Below are positions 53,057 to 63,380 of a DNA stretch of 64,000 nt, piece after piece. The translations under genes were made by a program, and so were the position numbers. Source of the DNA: Octopus sinensis (Eukaryota); the NCBI RefSeq assembly GCF_006345805.1, contig NC_043018.1:5704001-5768000 (forward strand), written 5' to 3'. Every line of letters begins with the position of its first letter. The stretch's first letter is position 1. The notes under the pieces are model-generated. The model was not told where the DNA came from. It was given only the letters and a program-made list of their open reading frames with translations, and did no database searches.

Positions 53057-53059
53057 TTT

Positions 53060-53610
53060 AGTGGAGGGGTGGCAGTCGACTAGATTAACCCCAGTAAGCA
53101 ACTGGTACTTCATTTATCAACCCTGAAAGGATGAAAGGCAAAGTCGACCTTGGCGAAATTTGAACTCAGAACATAAAGCCTGATGAAATACCTATTTCTT
53201 TACTACCCACAAGGGGTTAAACACAGAGAGGACAAACAAGGACAGATAAACGGATTAAGTCGATTATATCGACCCCAGTGCTTAACTGGTACTTATTTAA
53301 TCGACCCCGAAAGGATGAAAGGCAAAATCGACCTCAATGGAATTTGAACTCAGAGCGTAAAGACAGTCGAAATACGTATTTCTTTACTACCCACAAGGGG
53401 CTAAACACAGATGGAACAAACAAGGACAGATAAATGGATTAAGTCGATTATATCGACCCCAGTGCGTAACTGGTACTTATTTAATCGACCCCGAAAGGAT
53501 GAAAGGCAAAGTTGACCTCAGCGGAATTTGAACTCAGAACGTAATGGCAGACGAAATACCGCTAAGCATTTCGCCCGGCGTGCTAACGATTCTGCCAGCT
53601 TGCTGCCTTA
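53060..53610 (-). mobile_element. SINE A multimer (head plus about three bodies)
   Basis: Junctions gaaatac(c/g)tatttc at about 53190 and 53378. Confidence 0.88.
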
Positions 53611-53639
53611 GGAGTAGATCACAAATGAGATGGTTGAAT

Positions 53640-54065
53640 TATAACCATATTTTCAGTTGGTCATGCTTGGAGATCCAGTAAGAAAGTATAATGACAGTTG
53701 CTTCTGATAAGACGCTATGGACAAGATGAGTGAGAACTCTGCTCCCTCACCTTCACATGACAAGGTGCATGGCTTGGAGATCAGAGAATCTTTCCTAGTT
53801 GAACTGCTATTTCTCTGCATTGAGAGGTCACAATTCTGGCACTGCAAACATGAGATTAGAATGTTGCAGGAAAAAATTGCAAAATGGATTCTTCGAGCTG
53901 AGACAACTGACAGGAGACCCAGAAGTGACTCAAGAATAACTATATTCTCAGTTGGTCATGCTGGAGAATCCAGCAATAAAGTGTAATGACAATGGTCTCT
54001 GACAGGATCCTATGGAGGAGATGCTTGGGGATTTTACCCCTGCAACCCTTCCAGGAATAGCAGGC
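53640..54065 (+). mobile_element. RTE (Expander/Rex3-like) 3' relic
   Basis: HDKVHGLEIRESFLVELLFLCIERSQ..RM.QE.IAK.IL.A..TDRRPRS matches RDRVRSS.IRE.L.VEPLLL.IERSQLRW. Confidence 0.7.
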
Positions 54066-54180
54066 AGAGAAGATGGCTGGGTTGTTATTCTTATCAAAAT
54101 TAGTGGGTCTCAAATATTCTAAGGATATTGCTGTCACAACCACAACACATAACAGAGCAATAAGAAATGTCAAAGCTTAC

Positions 54181-54324
54181 CCAGAGAGCAGCCCTTCAGG
54201 TCCATAAGGTTCCAGGAGATAGAAGTGGATGGGTTTAGAAGAAGACACTTGCGGAAGAGTAACAGCAACATCTACAGAATGAAGGTTCATTGCGTACAAT
54301 GTCACTGATTGGTTGATGGATAAA
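54181..54324 (-). CDS. HPSE: Heparanase internal coding exon, 144 bp, phase 2/2 (penultimate exon by homology)
   Basis: Long polypyrimidine acceptor tttttcttttttacag| and donor GG|gtaagc. Translation (S)LSINQSVTLYAMNLHSVDVAVTLPQVSSSKPIHFYLLEPYGPEGLLS matches LTLYAINLH...YLLRPLGPHGLLS. Confidence 0.92.
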
Positions 54325-54879
54325 CTGTAAAAAAGAAAAAGAAAAAGAAGAGATTAAATTAATATGTATGAGAATTGATATAAAATAACAGAAATGGATA
54401 ATTATTGTAACCCTTTAGTATTCAGATTATTTTGCTAAAATATAAAATGAATAAAGACTCCCTTTGGTCATGAATGACCATGGGATTGCACCTAGAAAGT
54501 TCCCCTCCGAGGCACAAGTCCAGGCAAGGTTGTTTATGGAAGACCAGCAGCTGCCTAGTCTTACCAGTTTCCCAGGAAGAAAGGGGATGTAGTGTAGATG
54601 GATGCTGACTTTAGGGGAAGGGTTCTTGGTGTATACTAAGCAGGGATCATTTTACTGTGTGTACAGTGTTTTGGTGCACCCATGCCCACAGTAACAGCAT
54701 AGGCATACACATGCATGCATATTTCTGTATGCAAAAAGGGAGATATAAAGAGATCACAAAGTTATGGAAATATATAAAGATAGCATTAAAAAAGTATCTG
54801 TTATAAATACATTGAAGAAATTCGGGGAAGTGAGTGTAGGCGGATTAGCTAGGAAATTATAGCGGAAGGCATTATTATT

Positions 54880-55300
54880 TGTACCTTAAGGTGTTACATA
54901 ATTTGTGCTGACAATTAAAAATAAGATCACTTCGTTCATTAAGGCAGTCGCTGCATTGCATAATAGATAAGACTTCTGTGATGCAGAGATCGCATTTGTT
55001 GTTATAGCTGTTATACAGTTTGGCAGGGGTAAAAATGGACCACTTTAAACAACTGAGTTTTTTTTAGGTTATGAATGAACCTAAATAATGAGGTATTATA
55101 AGTTTTTGTTTGAGATCTAAAGCTAGAATAGTGGTTAGTAATTTGAACTTTGAAGGTGGTGCTGCATGAGCCAATATATACATATTTGGAATCTTTTGTG
55201 GAGACTGTACACTTGTATACTATATGTTTCATGAGGCATTTATTTTCCAAGAGACAAGAGGTGGGGTGTCTACAGCTGCATAGACTTTCAGAGGATGCTA
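54880..55300 (-). mobile_element. Penelope-like element GIY-YIG endonuclease relic inside a heparanase intron
   Basis: CSCRHPTSCLLENKCLMKHIVYKCTV..YVYIGSCSTTFK..NHYSSF..TSL..I..LK; after frameshifts KCDLCITE and LNERSDLIFNCQH. Confidence 0.8.
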
Positions 55301-55555
55301 AGGCAGAGTTTGTGGGATTATGATTACCTGAGGTTAACTCAGTGTTATATTTAGTACAAGCCTTGGTGTTAGGACTGATGTTAGTTGTGGTAGTGAGGGA
55401 ACCATTGGGCAGGATGGGGGTGGGGGTGAGGATCAGAGACCACTGTTGAAAACCACAGAAAAAGAAGAAATAAATGACAACTCATAGATTTACTTGATCA
55501 GGTTGATGTGGAACCAAACAACAACAACCACAAGCGTGAAATGTAGGAATACTAT

Positions 55556-56083
55556 TTTAACCTTCTCCATGCTGTTGTCGAAATTTGTCATCCATGAGTT
55601 TTCTCCCCTGTGGCTGCAGGCACATTTTGTCACCTTTAGAAGGGTGCTTAAAACGAACACACTGCAACATTTATTTCCAGTACTTGAAGCTGTAAACAGG
55701 CTATTTTCAATTCAGAATGAGGTTAAACTTCTGTTTTCTGATGCCATTTTCTTGTTCATATCCTAACCACGAGATAATCAAGCTTTGAAACTGAACTTAG
55801 TTTTTCAGATTTTTTTATCAATTGAAAATGGCCGCTCCTGCATTTGAAGCTTTCTTACAAGAAATCTTGTTTGATTCTGACTAAAATGACAATTTTGAAG
55901 GATATACGCAAGCAGATATCAATGGTGAAACTATTCAAGGTGATGATGAGGACGTAGACTGTGCTTAGAGTTATATTAAGAACGATGTACTGAGCGGATG
56001 CTATCATCCAAGGCTGGCTAATTTAAGGAAAGTACTGGCCCCAAGGAGGTACATTAATGAGGGCCAAATCTTTTGTCTATTCC
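55556..56083 (+). mobile_element. Possible piggyBac 5' end relic
   Basis: Starts TTAA|ccttctcc; carries an acidic N-terminus-like frame MAAPAFEAFLQEILFDSD*NDNFEGY..DDED. Confidence 0.3.
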
Positions 56084-56307
56084 TTAACCCTTTAAGTATT
56101 TAAACCGGCCATATCCGGGCAAAATAGCTAATCTGTTTTATGTTCAAACTGACCAGATCCAGGTTCTCACACCTACCCTACAATGTTATTCTACATTAAT
56201 TACACCATCAAGATCTTGAAGATATGAGATAATGCATGATTAATTCAAATCAATGGGAATCAATAGGCATTATGTTTGATTGAATAATCTGAATGCTAAA
56301 GGGTTAA
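56084..56307 (+). mobile_element. piggyBac-like MITE (other copies at about 39365-39560 and 59190-59410)
   Basis: TTAA|CCCTT...AAGGG|TTAA termini; several homologous copies in the window. Confidence 0.7.
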
Positions 56308-56384
56308 TGCATTACAGAAAAATATTATTTATCCATTCCTTTATTAGTATACCAAAAGAAATTCAAGTCTGTCCACACAATACA

Positions 56385-56720
56385 GGAGCATGGGTCAGGG
56401 GTAAGATCGTCAGGCTCACAGTCATGAAGTAGTGAGTTCGATTCCTGGACTGGGCTATTGTTGTATTCTTGAGCAAGACACTTTATTTCATATTGCTCCA
56501 GTTCACTCAGCTGTAGAAATGAGGTGTGATATCACTGGTGCTAAGCTGTATCGGCCCCTTTGCCTTTCCCTTGGATAACACTGGTGGCGTGGAGAGGGGA
56601 ATCTGGTATGCATCGGCAACTGCTGGTCTTCCATAAACAACCTTGCCCGAACTTGTGCTTCAGAGGGGAACTTTCTAGGTGCAATACCATGGTTATTCAT
56701 GATCAAAGGGGGGTCTTTGC
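56385..56720 (+). mobile_element. SINE family D, full length
   Basis: tRNA-like head with gagttcgattcc B-box, CORE-like tcttgagcaagacac block and family 3' end. Confidence 0.8.
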
Positions 56721-56846
56721 CCTTTTAACTTTACACACAATACAACGAAGGTTATAACAATTTTAAAACAGTAGGTTCTCGTGACTTTTTGTTTCCTCAA
56801 AAATAATACAGTGACAGGGGGAAACTATTCTAGGGACAAATCTAAT

Positions 56847-57075
56847 TCTTTACTACCCACAAGGGGCTAAACACAGAGAGGACAAACAAGGACAGACAAA
56901 TGGATTAAGTTGATTATATCGACCCCAGTGTGTAACTGGTACTTATTTAATCGACTCCAAAAGGATGAAAGGCAAAGTTGACCTCGGCAGAATTTGAACT
57001 CAGAACGTAACGGCAGACAAAATACAGCTATGCATTTCGCCCGGCGTGCTAACGTTTCTGCCAGCTCACTGCCTT
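56847..57075 (-). mobile_element. SINE A monomer about 70 bp from a heparanase donor site
   Basis: Consensus match. Confidence 0.88.
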
Positions 57076-57142
57076 TTGGGGACCACCGCCTTCTAGGGAC
57101 AAATCAGTCTGCTAAAGGTTAACTGTTTTCTGCAGTACTCAC

Positions 57143-57258
57143 CTTTGATCCTTAGAACAATGTGCATAAACACGCAACTTGTGGTCCAAATCTGTGTAGC
57201 TCACCTGAAGAACTTTCTTTCCAACAAGTCTCTTATACAGAAGACTCAGCCAGTAATC
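57143..57258 (-). CDS. HPSE: Heparanase internal coding exon, 116 bp, phase 0/2
   Basis: Acceptor ctttctttcag| and donor AG|gtgagt. Translation DYWLSLLYKRLVGKKVLQVSYTDLDHKLRVYAHCSKDQ matches DYWLSLLFKKLVG...KLRVYLHC. Confidence 0.95.
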
Positions 57259-57299
57259 CTGAAAGAAAGAAAGTAAAACAAAAAAATACATCTTTTTTT

Positions 57300-58290
57300 C
57301 TTTACTAGTTTCAGTCATTAGACTGTGGCCATGCTGGAGCAACGCCTTGAAGAATTTTCGGTCCAATGAACTGACCCCAGTACGTATCTCTCTTTTTTTT
57401 TAAGCCTGATAGTTATTCTATTGGTCTTCTTTTTGCCAAAATGCCAAGTTACAGGGGAAGTAAACACACCAACACTGGTTGTCAGGTGGTGGTGGTGGTG
57501 GTAGTGGTGGGGGACAAACACAGAAACACACACAATGAGCTTCTTTCAGTTTCTGTTTACCTAATCCACTCACTGGACGTTAAATGATGATGGTGCATGT
57601 TATCCTCTTTGACTGACTAGAAATCATTTCTTGAACATGTAGTTTTTTTTTTCTTCTTTCTATCTATTATAGGGAATTTTAAGGAAGGGGTCAAATCAAT
57701 TACACTGACCCCAGTGGTCAGCTGGTACTTATTTTATTGACCCTAAAAAACTGAAAGGCAAAGTTGATCTAAGTGAAATTTGAACTCAGAATGTAAAGAC
57801 ACATGAAATGCTATTAACCCATTTTAACCCAGTTAAATTTTGAAGACAGTTATATAAACAGAGATAAAAAAAAAACATATATATATATAGGAGTGGCTAT
57901 GTGGTAAGTAGCTTGTTTACCAACCACATGGTTCCGGGTTCAGTCCTACTGCGTGGCACCTTGGGCAAGTGTCTTCTACTATAGCCTCGGGCCGACCAAA
58001 GCCTTGTGAGTGGATTTGGTAGACGGAAACTGAAAGAAGACCGTCGTATATATGTATATATATATATATATGTGTGTGTGTGTTTGTGTGTCTGTGTTTG
58101 TCCCCCTAGCATTGCTTGACAACTGATGCTGGTGTGTTTATGTCCCCGTTACTTAGCAGTTCGGCAAAAGAGACCGATAGAATAAGTACTGGGCTTACAA
58201 AAGAATAAGTCCCGGGGTCGAGTTGCTCGATTAAAGGCGGTGCTCCAGCATGGCTGCAGTCAAATGACTGAAACAAGTAAAAGAGTGAAA
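57300..58290. mobile_element. Inverted pair of SINE B copies (minus 57300-57570, plus 57890-58290) in one heparanase intron
   Basis: Consensus matches in opposite orientation. Confidence 0.8.
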
Positions 58291-58566
58291 AGAGAGATAT
58301 GGAAGCGTCCAGTTAACCTTTATTGCAGTCAATAAACCAAATACAATGGTTAAATAAATACAAGCACTATTTTACGTCCAGTTAACCTTTGTTGTAGTAA
58401 ACAAACCAAATACAATTGCCCTCAAATGAGGACAGTTGGTTAAAATGGGTTAAGTATTTTGTCCAGCATGCTGACGATTCTGTCAGTTTGCTGTCTTTAT
58501 TGCAAATGTAATGTAACAGTTGTGTTTGCTAAAGAAACTCCCTAAAGAAAAGAATGGCGTACTCAC

Positions 58567-58681
58567 TGGCCGAGGGTCAAGAGTCCTGAAGTCCAGCAAT
58601 GCGTAACTTCCTTTATAAAATGATTGCCTCATTACCACTTTAGCTCCTTTGCGAGCTGACATTCCAAGCTTGTCCATCCAC
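58567..58681 (-). CDS. HPSE: Heparanase internal coding exon, 115 bp, phase 2/0
   Basis: Acceptor tttaacttccag| and donor CCA|gtgagt. Translation (L)WMDKLGMSARKGAKVVMRQSFYKGSYALLDFRTLDPRP matches heparanase MWLDKLGLSAR.G..VVMRQ. Confidence 0.95.
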
Positions 58682-58709
58682 CTGGAAGTTTAAATTTAAA
58701 AATTATCAT

Positions 58710-59172
58710 AACCCATGGCCTCTACCTGGGATGTAGCCAGCCCACTTATGCATACCTTTCCTTCTTGGGAAACAAAACTCTGCTTGCGAAGACCTGTTGA
58801 GGCAAGTGAAATCGAAATCGCTCAAAAATCAATGGAAATTGTAGTTGTGATACCAGTGCCGGTGGCATGTAAAAGAACCATCTGAATGTGGTCATTGCCA
58901 GCACCGTCCCAACTGGCCTCCATGCCGGTGGCACGGAAAAAGCACCAACCGATCGTGGCCGTTGCCAGCCTCACCTGGTACCTGTGCTGGTGGCATGTAC
59001 CTCACCTGGTACCTGTGCTGGAGTGGTTGGCATTAGGAAGGGCATCCAGCTGTAGAAACACTGTCAGATCAGACTGGGCCTGGTGTAGCCTCCTGGCTTC
59101 CTAGACACCAGTCGAACTGTCCAACCCATGCTAGCATGGAAAGTGGACGTTAAACGATGACGATGATGATGA
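58710..59172 (+). mobile_element. RTE 3' UTR fragment (family C)
   Basis: Colinear with the 17117-17700 UTR; (GAT)n tail. Confidence 0.85.
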
Positions 59173-59515
59173 AAAAGACAGTTTCACTCTTTAGCATTCA
59201 GATTACTCCATCAAATGTATTGCTTATTTATTCACATTGTTTTGAAGTAGTCGTGCGTTATTGCGTGGCTTTGAGATTTCGATGATGTGACTATTTCTTT
59301 AAAGAATGACATTGTAGGGTAAGTGTGAAAAGCTAGATCTGGCTGGTTTGACCATTAAAACAGGTAGAATATTTTGGCCAGATGTGACTGGTTCAAATGC
59401 TACAGAGTTTAAATGAAAAAGCATTATAAGGGAAAACAAGAAAAAAATGACAAATATATTAGAAAGAAAAAAAAAGGAAAAAGCCAACCTGGCATGGCTG
59501 TGTGGTTAAGATATA

Positions 59516-59576
<61 letters not shown>

Positions 59577-59812
59577 TATACTCACAACCACATGGTTCTG
59601 GGTTTAATCCCACTACATGGCATCTTGGGTAGATTTTCCATTAAGGCCTCAGGTTGATATATGCTTTTTGAACAGAATTTGGTGGCTAGAAACTAAGCAG
59701 AAACCCATTATGTACATGTGTGTGTGTGTGTGTGTATACATATATAGATATATATATTATCATTCGTCGTCATATACATGTGTGTGTGTGTGCGTGTGTG
59801 TATATATGCATT

Positions 59813-60056
59813 AAAGAAATAGGGTACTCAGAAATCTGGATGGTTTTATATTTACAGATTTTTATTAATATGTCACATGTTTTTATAAATCCTATATTAG
59901 GGCTTGCATCTACTCTAGTAGACTCTTCACATTCAAATCTGAAGAGTCTACTAAAATAGATACAAGCGCTAATATATAATTTATAAAAACATGTGACATA
60001 TCAATAAAAATCTGTAACCATTAAACCATCCAGATTTCTGAGTACCCTATTTCTTT
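59813..60056. repeat. Fold-back palindrome, ~117-bp arms and 10-nt loop
   Basis: aaagaaatagggtactcagaaatctggatgg..gactcttca / tgaagagtc..ccatccagatttctgagtaccctatttcttt. Confidence 0.92.
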
Positions 60057-60184
60057 TATATATATAATACCTGTACATCACCTCCAAACCTTCTAATATA
60101 TATATCATCATCATCATTTAGCGTTCCGTTTCCATGCCTAAATGATGATGATGATATATATATATAATATATATATATATATAT

Positions 60185-60659
60185 AATTTAAAGGACTGAC
60201 TACTAAAAGTGGACAGTCAATATGCTAGATATAGACGTCAAAATCGCTATTTTTCATGAAGAATGTGTTCTCAAGTAAAAACTCAGCACAAAACCAAAGT
60301 GTAAAAAATAAGCAATACAAATGAAAATATACGAAATATAATTTGCTGAACTCTATGCTTGCAGGACTCCGGTCAAGCGTTTTTGTATCTAGTTCTGGAA
60401 ATTATGTTTGTATACGACAGACTATGCTGATGAGCTTGCAGATTTTCACGTGTCCGTATGCGTGGATATTAACAAGCGAAACTGATCAGTACATAGGTAA
60501 TCGTTATTATTTCGTATATTTTCATTTGTCTTGCTTATTTTTTACACTGGTTTTGTGCTGAGTTTTTACTTGAGATCACATTCTTCGTGGAAAATAGTGA
60601 TTTTGACGTCTATATCTAGCATATTGACCGTTCCACTTTAGTGGTCAGTCCTTTAAATT
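60185..60659. mobile_element. Penelope-like pLTR with an inverted partial copy (~155-bp arms) enclosing the hammerhead
   Basis: 60185-60342 is the reverse complement of 60505-60659; hammerhead in the spacer; left end abuts (TA)n. Confidence 0.75.
60422..60496 (+). ncRNA. Type I hammerhead ribozyme (Penelope-like-element type)
   Basis: Helix I CTATG/CATAG; core CTGATGA; helix II GCTTG..CAAGC; GAAA; palindromic helix III ACTGATCAGT; GUA cleavage triplet (cut after 60491). Confidence 0.8.
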
Positions 60660-60797
60660 TTGTATGTAAAAAATATTTTAATCTGTTATTTCTTTAATAT
60701 GCTAGGCCACTGGTTTTAATTGATTAATATCAATTTCTACCCTATTCAATTTTATATATATGTATATATATATATATATTATATATATATATATATA

Positions 60798-61295
60798 TCA
60801 TCATCATCATCATCATCATGTTTAACGTCCGTTTTCCGCGCTAGCACGGGTTGGACGGTTTCGACCGGGGTCTGGGGAGCTCGCGGACTGCCCCAGGCTC
60901 CAGTCTAGTCTGGCAGTGTTTCTAAGCTGGATGCCCTCCTAACGCCAACACTCCGCGAGTGTAGTGGGTGTTTTTTACGTGCCACTGCACAGGTGCCAGG
61001 AGGGGTATGGCATCGGCCACGTTCGGATGGTGCTTTTTTATGGGGGGGGGTTGCAAAATATAGGGGACGCACCAGTGGGGAGGAGTGGTTCAGAGAAATG
61101 ATGACAGGTTCTAGGCAAGTAGAACGTAGGGATATCGAGGAGAGGGGTAATGCATGGTGAAATAGCGTATTGAAGCGGGGGGTTCGAGAGAGTAGACACC
61201 TATAATGGTGGTGGGAGAGCGACATCCGGTATAGATGGAGCACAAATATAGAGATATCGGTATTGATGGTGGGGGGGTGGGCAGGGTGGGTGCAC
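60798..61295 (-). mobile_element. Sister copy of the RTE-tailed head+U element with a single U module
   Basis: Reverse complement of head 1818-1895, one U unit and tail 3308-3549, including the same CpG-rich tail variants. Confidence 0.85.
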
Positions 61296-61880
61296 CGCGA
61301 AGATACGAAGTTTGATTTTAGACGAATGAAGATAGATAGAGACATTAGATAGATAGAGAAATTTGATAAATAGTTAGACAGATAGAGAAACATAAATAAA
61401 TGGTAACCGAAGTAAGTGAAAATTAAGCATTCAACTTATTGCATCAGGACTAAGCTTGGAGATGAATGAGGAGAGAGGGAGAGAGAGAGAGAGAGAAACA
61501 TGTGTTATAGGGGGACATACTTCAGATGGCGCGAAGATACGAAGTTTGATTTTAGACGAATGAAGATAGATAGATAGATAGAGAATAGATAGATAGAGAA
61601 ATTTGATAAATAGTTAGACAGATAGAGAAAATAAATAAATGGTAACCGAAGTGAAAATTAAGCATTCAACTTATCTGCACTCAGGACTACAGCTTGTAGA
61701 TGAATGAGAGAGTGAGAGAGAGAGAGAGAGAAATATGTGTATTAGAGGGGACATACTCAAGATGGCGCGAAGGATACGAAGTTTGATTTTAGACGAATGA
61801 AGATAGATAGATAGATAGATAGATAAAAGAATTAGATAGATAGAGAAATTGATAAATAGTTAGACAGATAGAGAAACATA
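61296..61880. repeat. Tandem array of a ~235-bp unit, about 2.5 copies (array Y)
   Basis: cgcgaag(g)atacgaagtttgattttagacg at 61296, 61530 and 61766. Confidence 0.9.
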
Positions 61881-61955
61881 AGAGGGAGTAATCCGGCGTA
61901 GATGGGGAAACCAGTGTTACGGTATTGGTGGTGGGGGGAGGGAGGGCGGGCGAAC

Positions 61956-62430
61956 CGCGCTGGGAGAAGATGGGGTTTTAGGCGGCCAGAAGAAGACAGG
62001 ATTGAGATGAAATGCTTTGCGGTGGTGTGAATAAGTTTTTGTGAGTGTGAAAGTTTTTATGCTTCAGCTAGCATTTGCGACGAAAAGACAACGATATGGA
62101 ATACCATAAACAATAAGGCTTGCAAAAACAAAAAAGAGAGGAAACAGGTCGGGAACTTAGTGATGTTTTTCATCCTGCGTATTGGCTAGCTGGTTGTGTG
62201 GAAAGCGGTGAAGGTGAGATATATTACGAGAGAGAGAGAGAGAGAGAGAGACAGTGAAAACAGAGGGAGAACCGACACCACATAGCGAGAGGAGAGAGCG
62301 ACATAGTGACACCGCGCATTGGGAGAAGATGGGGTTTAGGCGGCAGAAAAGAAGACAGGATTGAGATTGAAATGCTTTGCGGTGGTGTGAATAAGTTTTT
62401 GTGAGTGAAAGTTTTTATGCTTCAGTAGCA
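61956..62430. repeat. ~118-bp direct repeat (X) at 61956 and 62313
   Basis: cgcg..gggagaagatggggttt..gacaggattgaga..gcttcag(c)tagca occurs twice. Confidence 0.85.
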
Positions 62431-62492
62431 TATCAGAAATATTAAATTTCTAAATATCTCATAGAGACATGTATGGTGGTGGAGCGATAGAA

Positions 62493-62774
62493 TGGTTGTA
62501 TACTGTCAACCTAACGTGACAGTCCTGTAAGGGAATTTCACCACCACTGTTTAGCCCTAGGAAGCATCAACGCTTCCTGTCAGCTTTGACACATTTCCTG
62601 TGTCCTTATATATTTACAGGCCTAGCTGTTGGGGGTATTTGTCTCCCCTTCGTAAATATATAAGGACACAGGAAATGTCAAGGCTGACAGGAAGCGTCGA
62701 TGCTTCCTAGGGCTATATAGCGGTGGTGAAATTCCCTTACAGGACTGTCACGTTAGGTTGACAGTATACAACCA
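62493..62774. repeat. Fold-back palindrome, ~125-bp arms and ~34-nt loop
   Basis: tggttgtatactgtcaacctaacgtgacagtcctgtaaggg..ccttatatatttac / gtaaatatataagg..cccttacaggactgtcacgttaggttgacagtatacaacca. Confidence 0.93.
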
Positions 62775-62809
<35 letters not shown>

Positions 62810-62851
62810 CAATAGAAAAAATGAAAAATAAACAAGAAAATTAATTCTTAC

Positions 62852-63052
62852 AAGAATCCAGCAATATAAGAGTCAGACAGTCCAGGAGCACCACCGCCAT
62901 AAGCAGAACTGGTCTCACCAAGCCAGAGATCCTTGTCCCTGGAATATTTATGCAGCATTCCAAAAGCAGTGTCCAATTGATCACCAAACTTCTCCATCTC
63001 CCATGTGCTGAGAAATTGCTCAGCATTGGTATTGTGTCCATTTAGGTAATAC
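62852..63052 (-). CDS. HPSE: Heparanase (GH79) internal coding exon, 201 bp, phase 2/2, contains the catalytic nucleophile motif
   Basis: Acceptor ttccattttcaag|G and donor TT|gtaaga. Translation YYLNGHNTNAEQFLSTWEMEKFGDQLDTAFGMLHKYSRDKDLWLGETSSAYGGGAPGLSDSYIAGF matches heparanase HYYLNG...WLGETSSAYGGGAP.LSD.F.AGF. Splices in frame to the next exon. Confidence 0.95.
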
Positions 63053-63099
63053 CTTGAAAATGGAATAATGTATTTTGTTAGTCAAATAACTAAACAGCC

Positions 63100-63130
<31 letters not shown>

Positions 63131-63199
63131 ATTAGGGAGTAAATCCAAACTCACAAGGAAAAATTAGATTTAGGATTAAATCTAATTTTATAGTATAAA

Positions 63200-63380
63200 T
63201 ATATATATTAAATTAGAGATCAAACCACTATTAGGCAAATCAAACAGTGAAAACATAAACCAATACAAAGAAATAAAATGAATTAATAAATATTTTTTTA
63301 TTAATTATTTTATTTCTATGTATTGGTTTATGATTTTCACTGTTTGATTGGCCTAATAGTGGTTTTATCTCTAATTTTAT

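Noticed and set aside
57200-57210. Cryptic donor CAG|gtgagc inside the 116-bp heparanase exon
   Set aside because: Use would frameshift the next exon, and homology continues through the site; no evidence of use.
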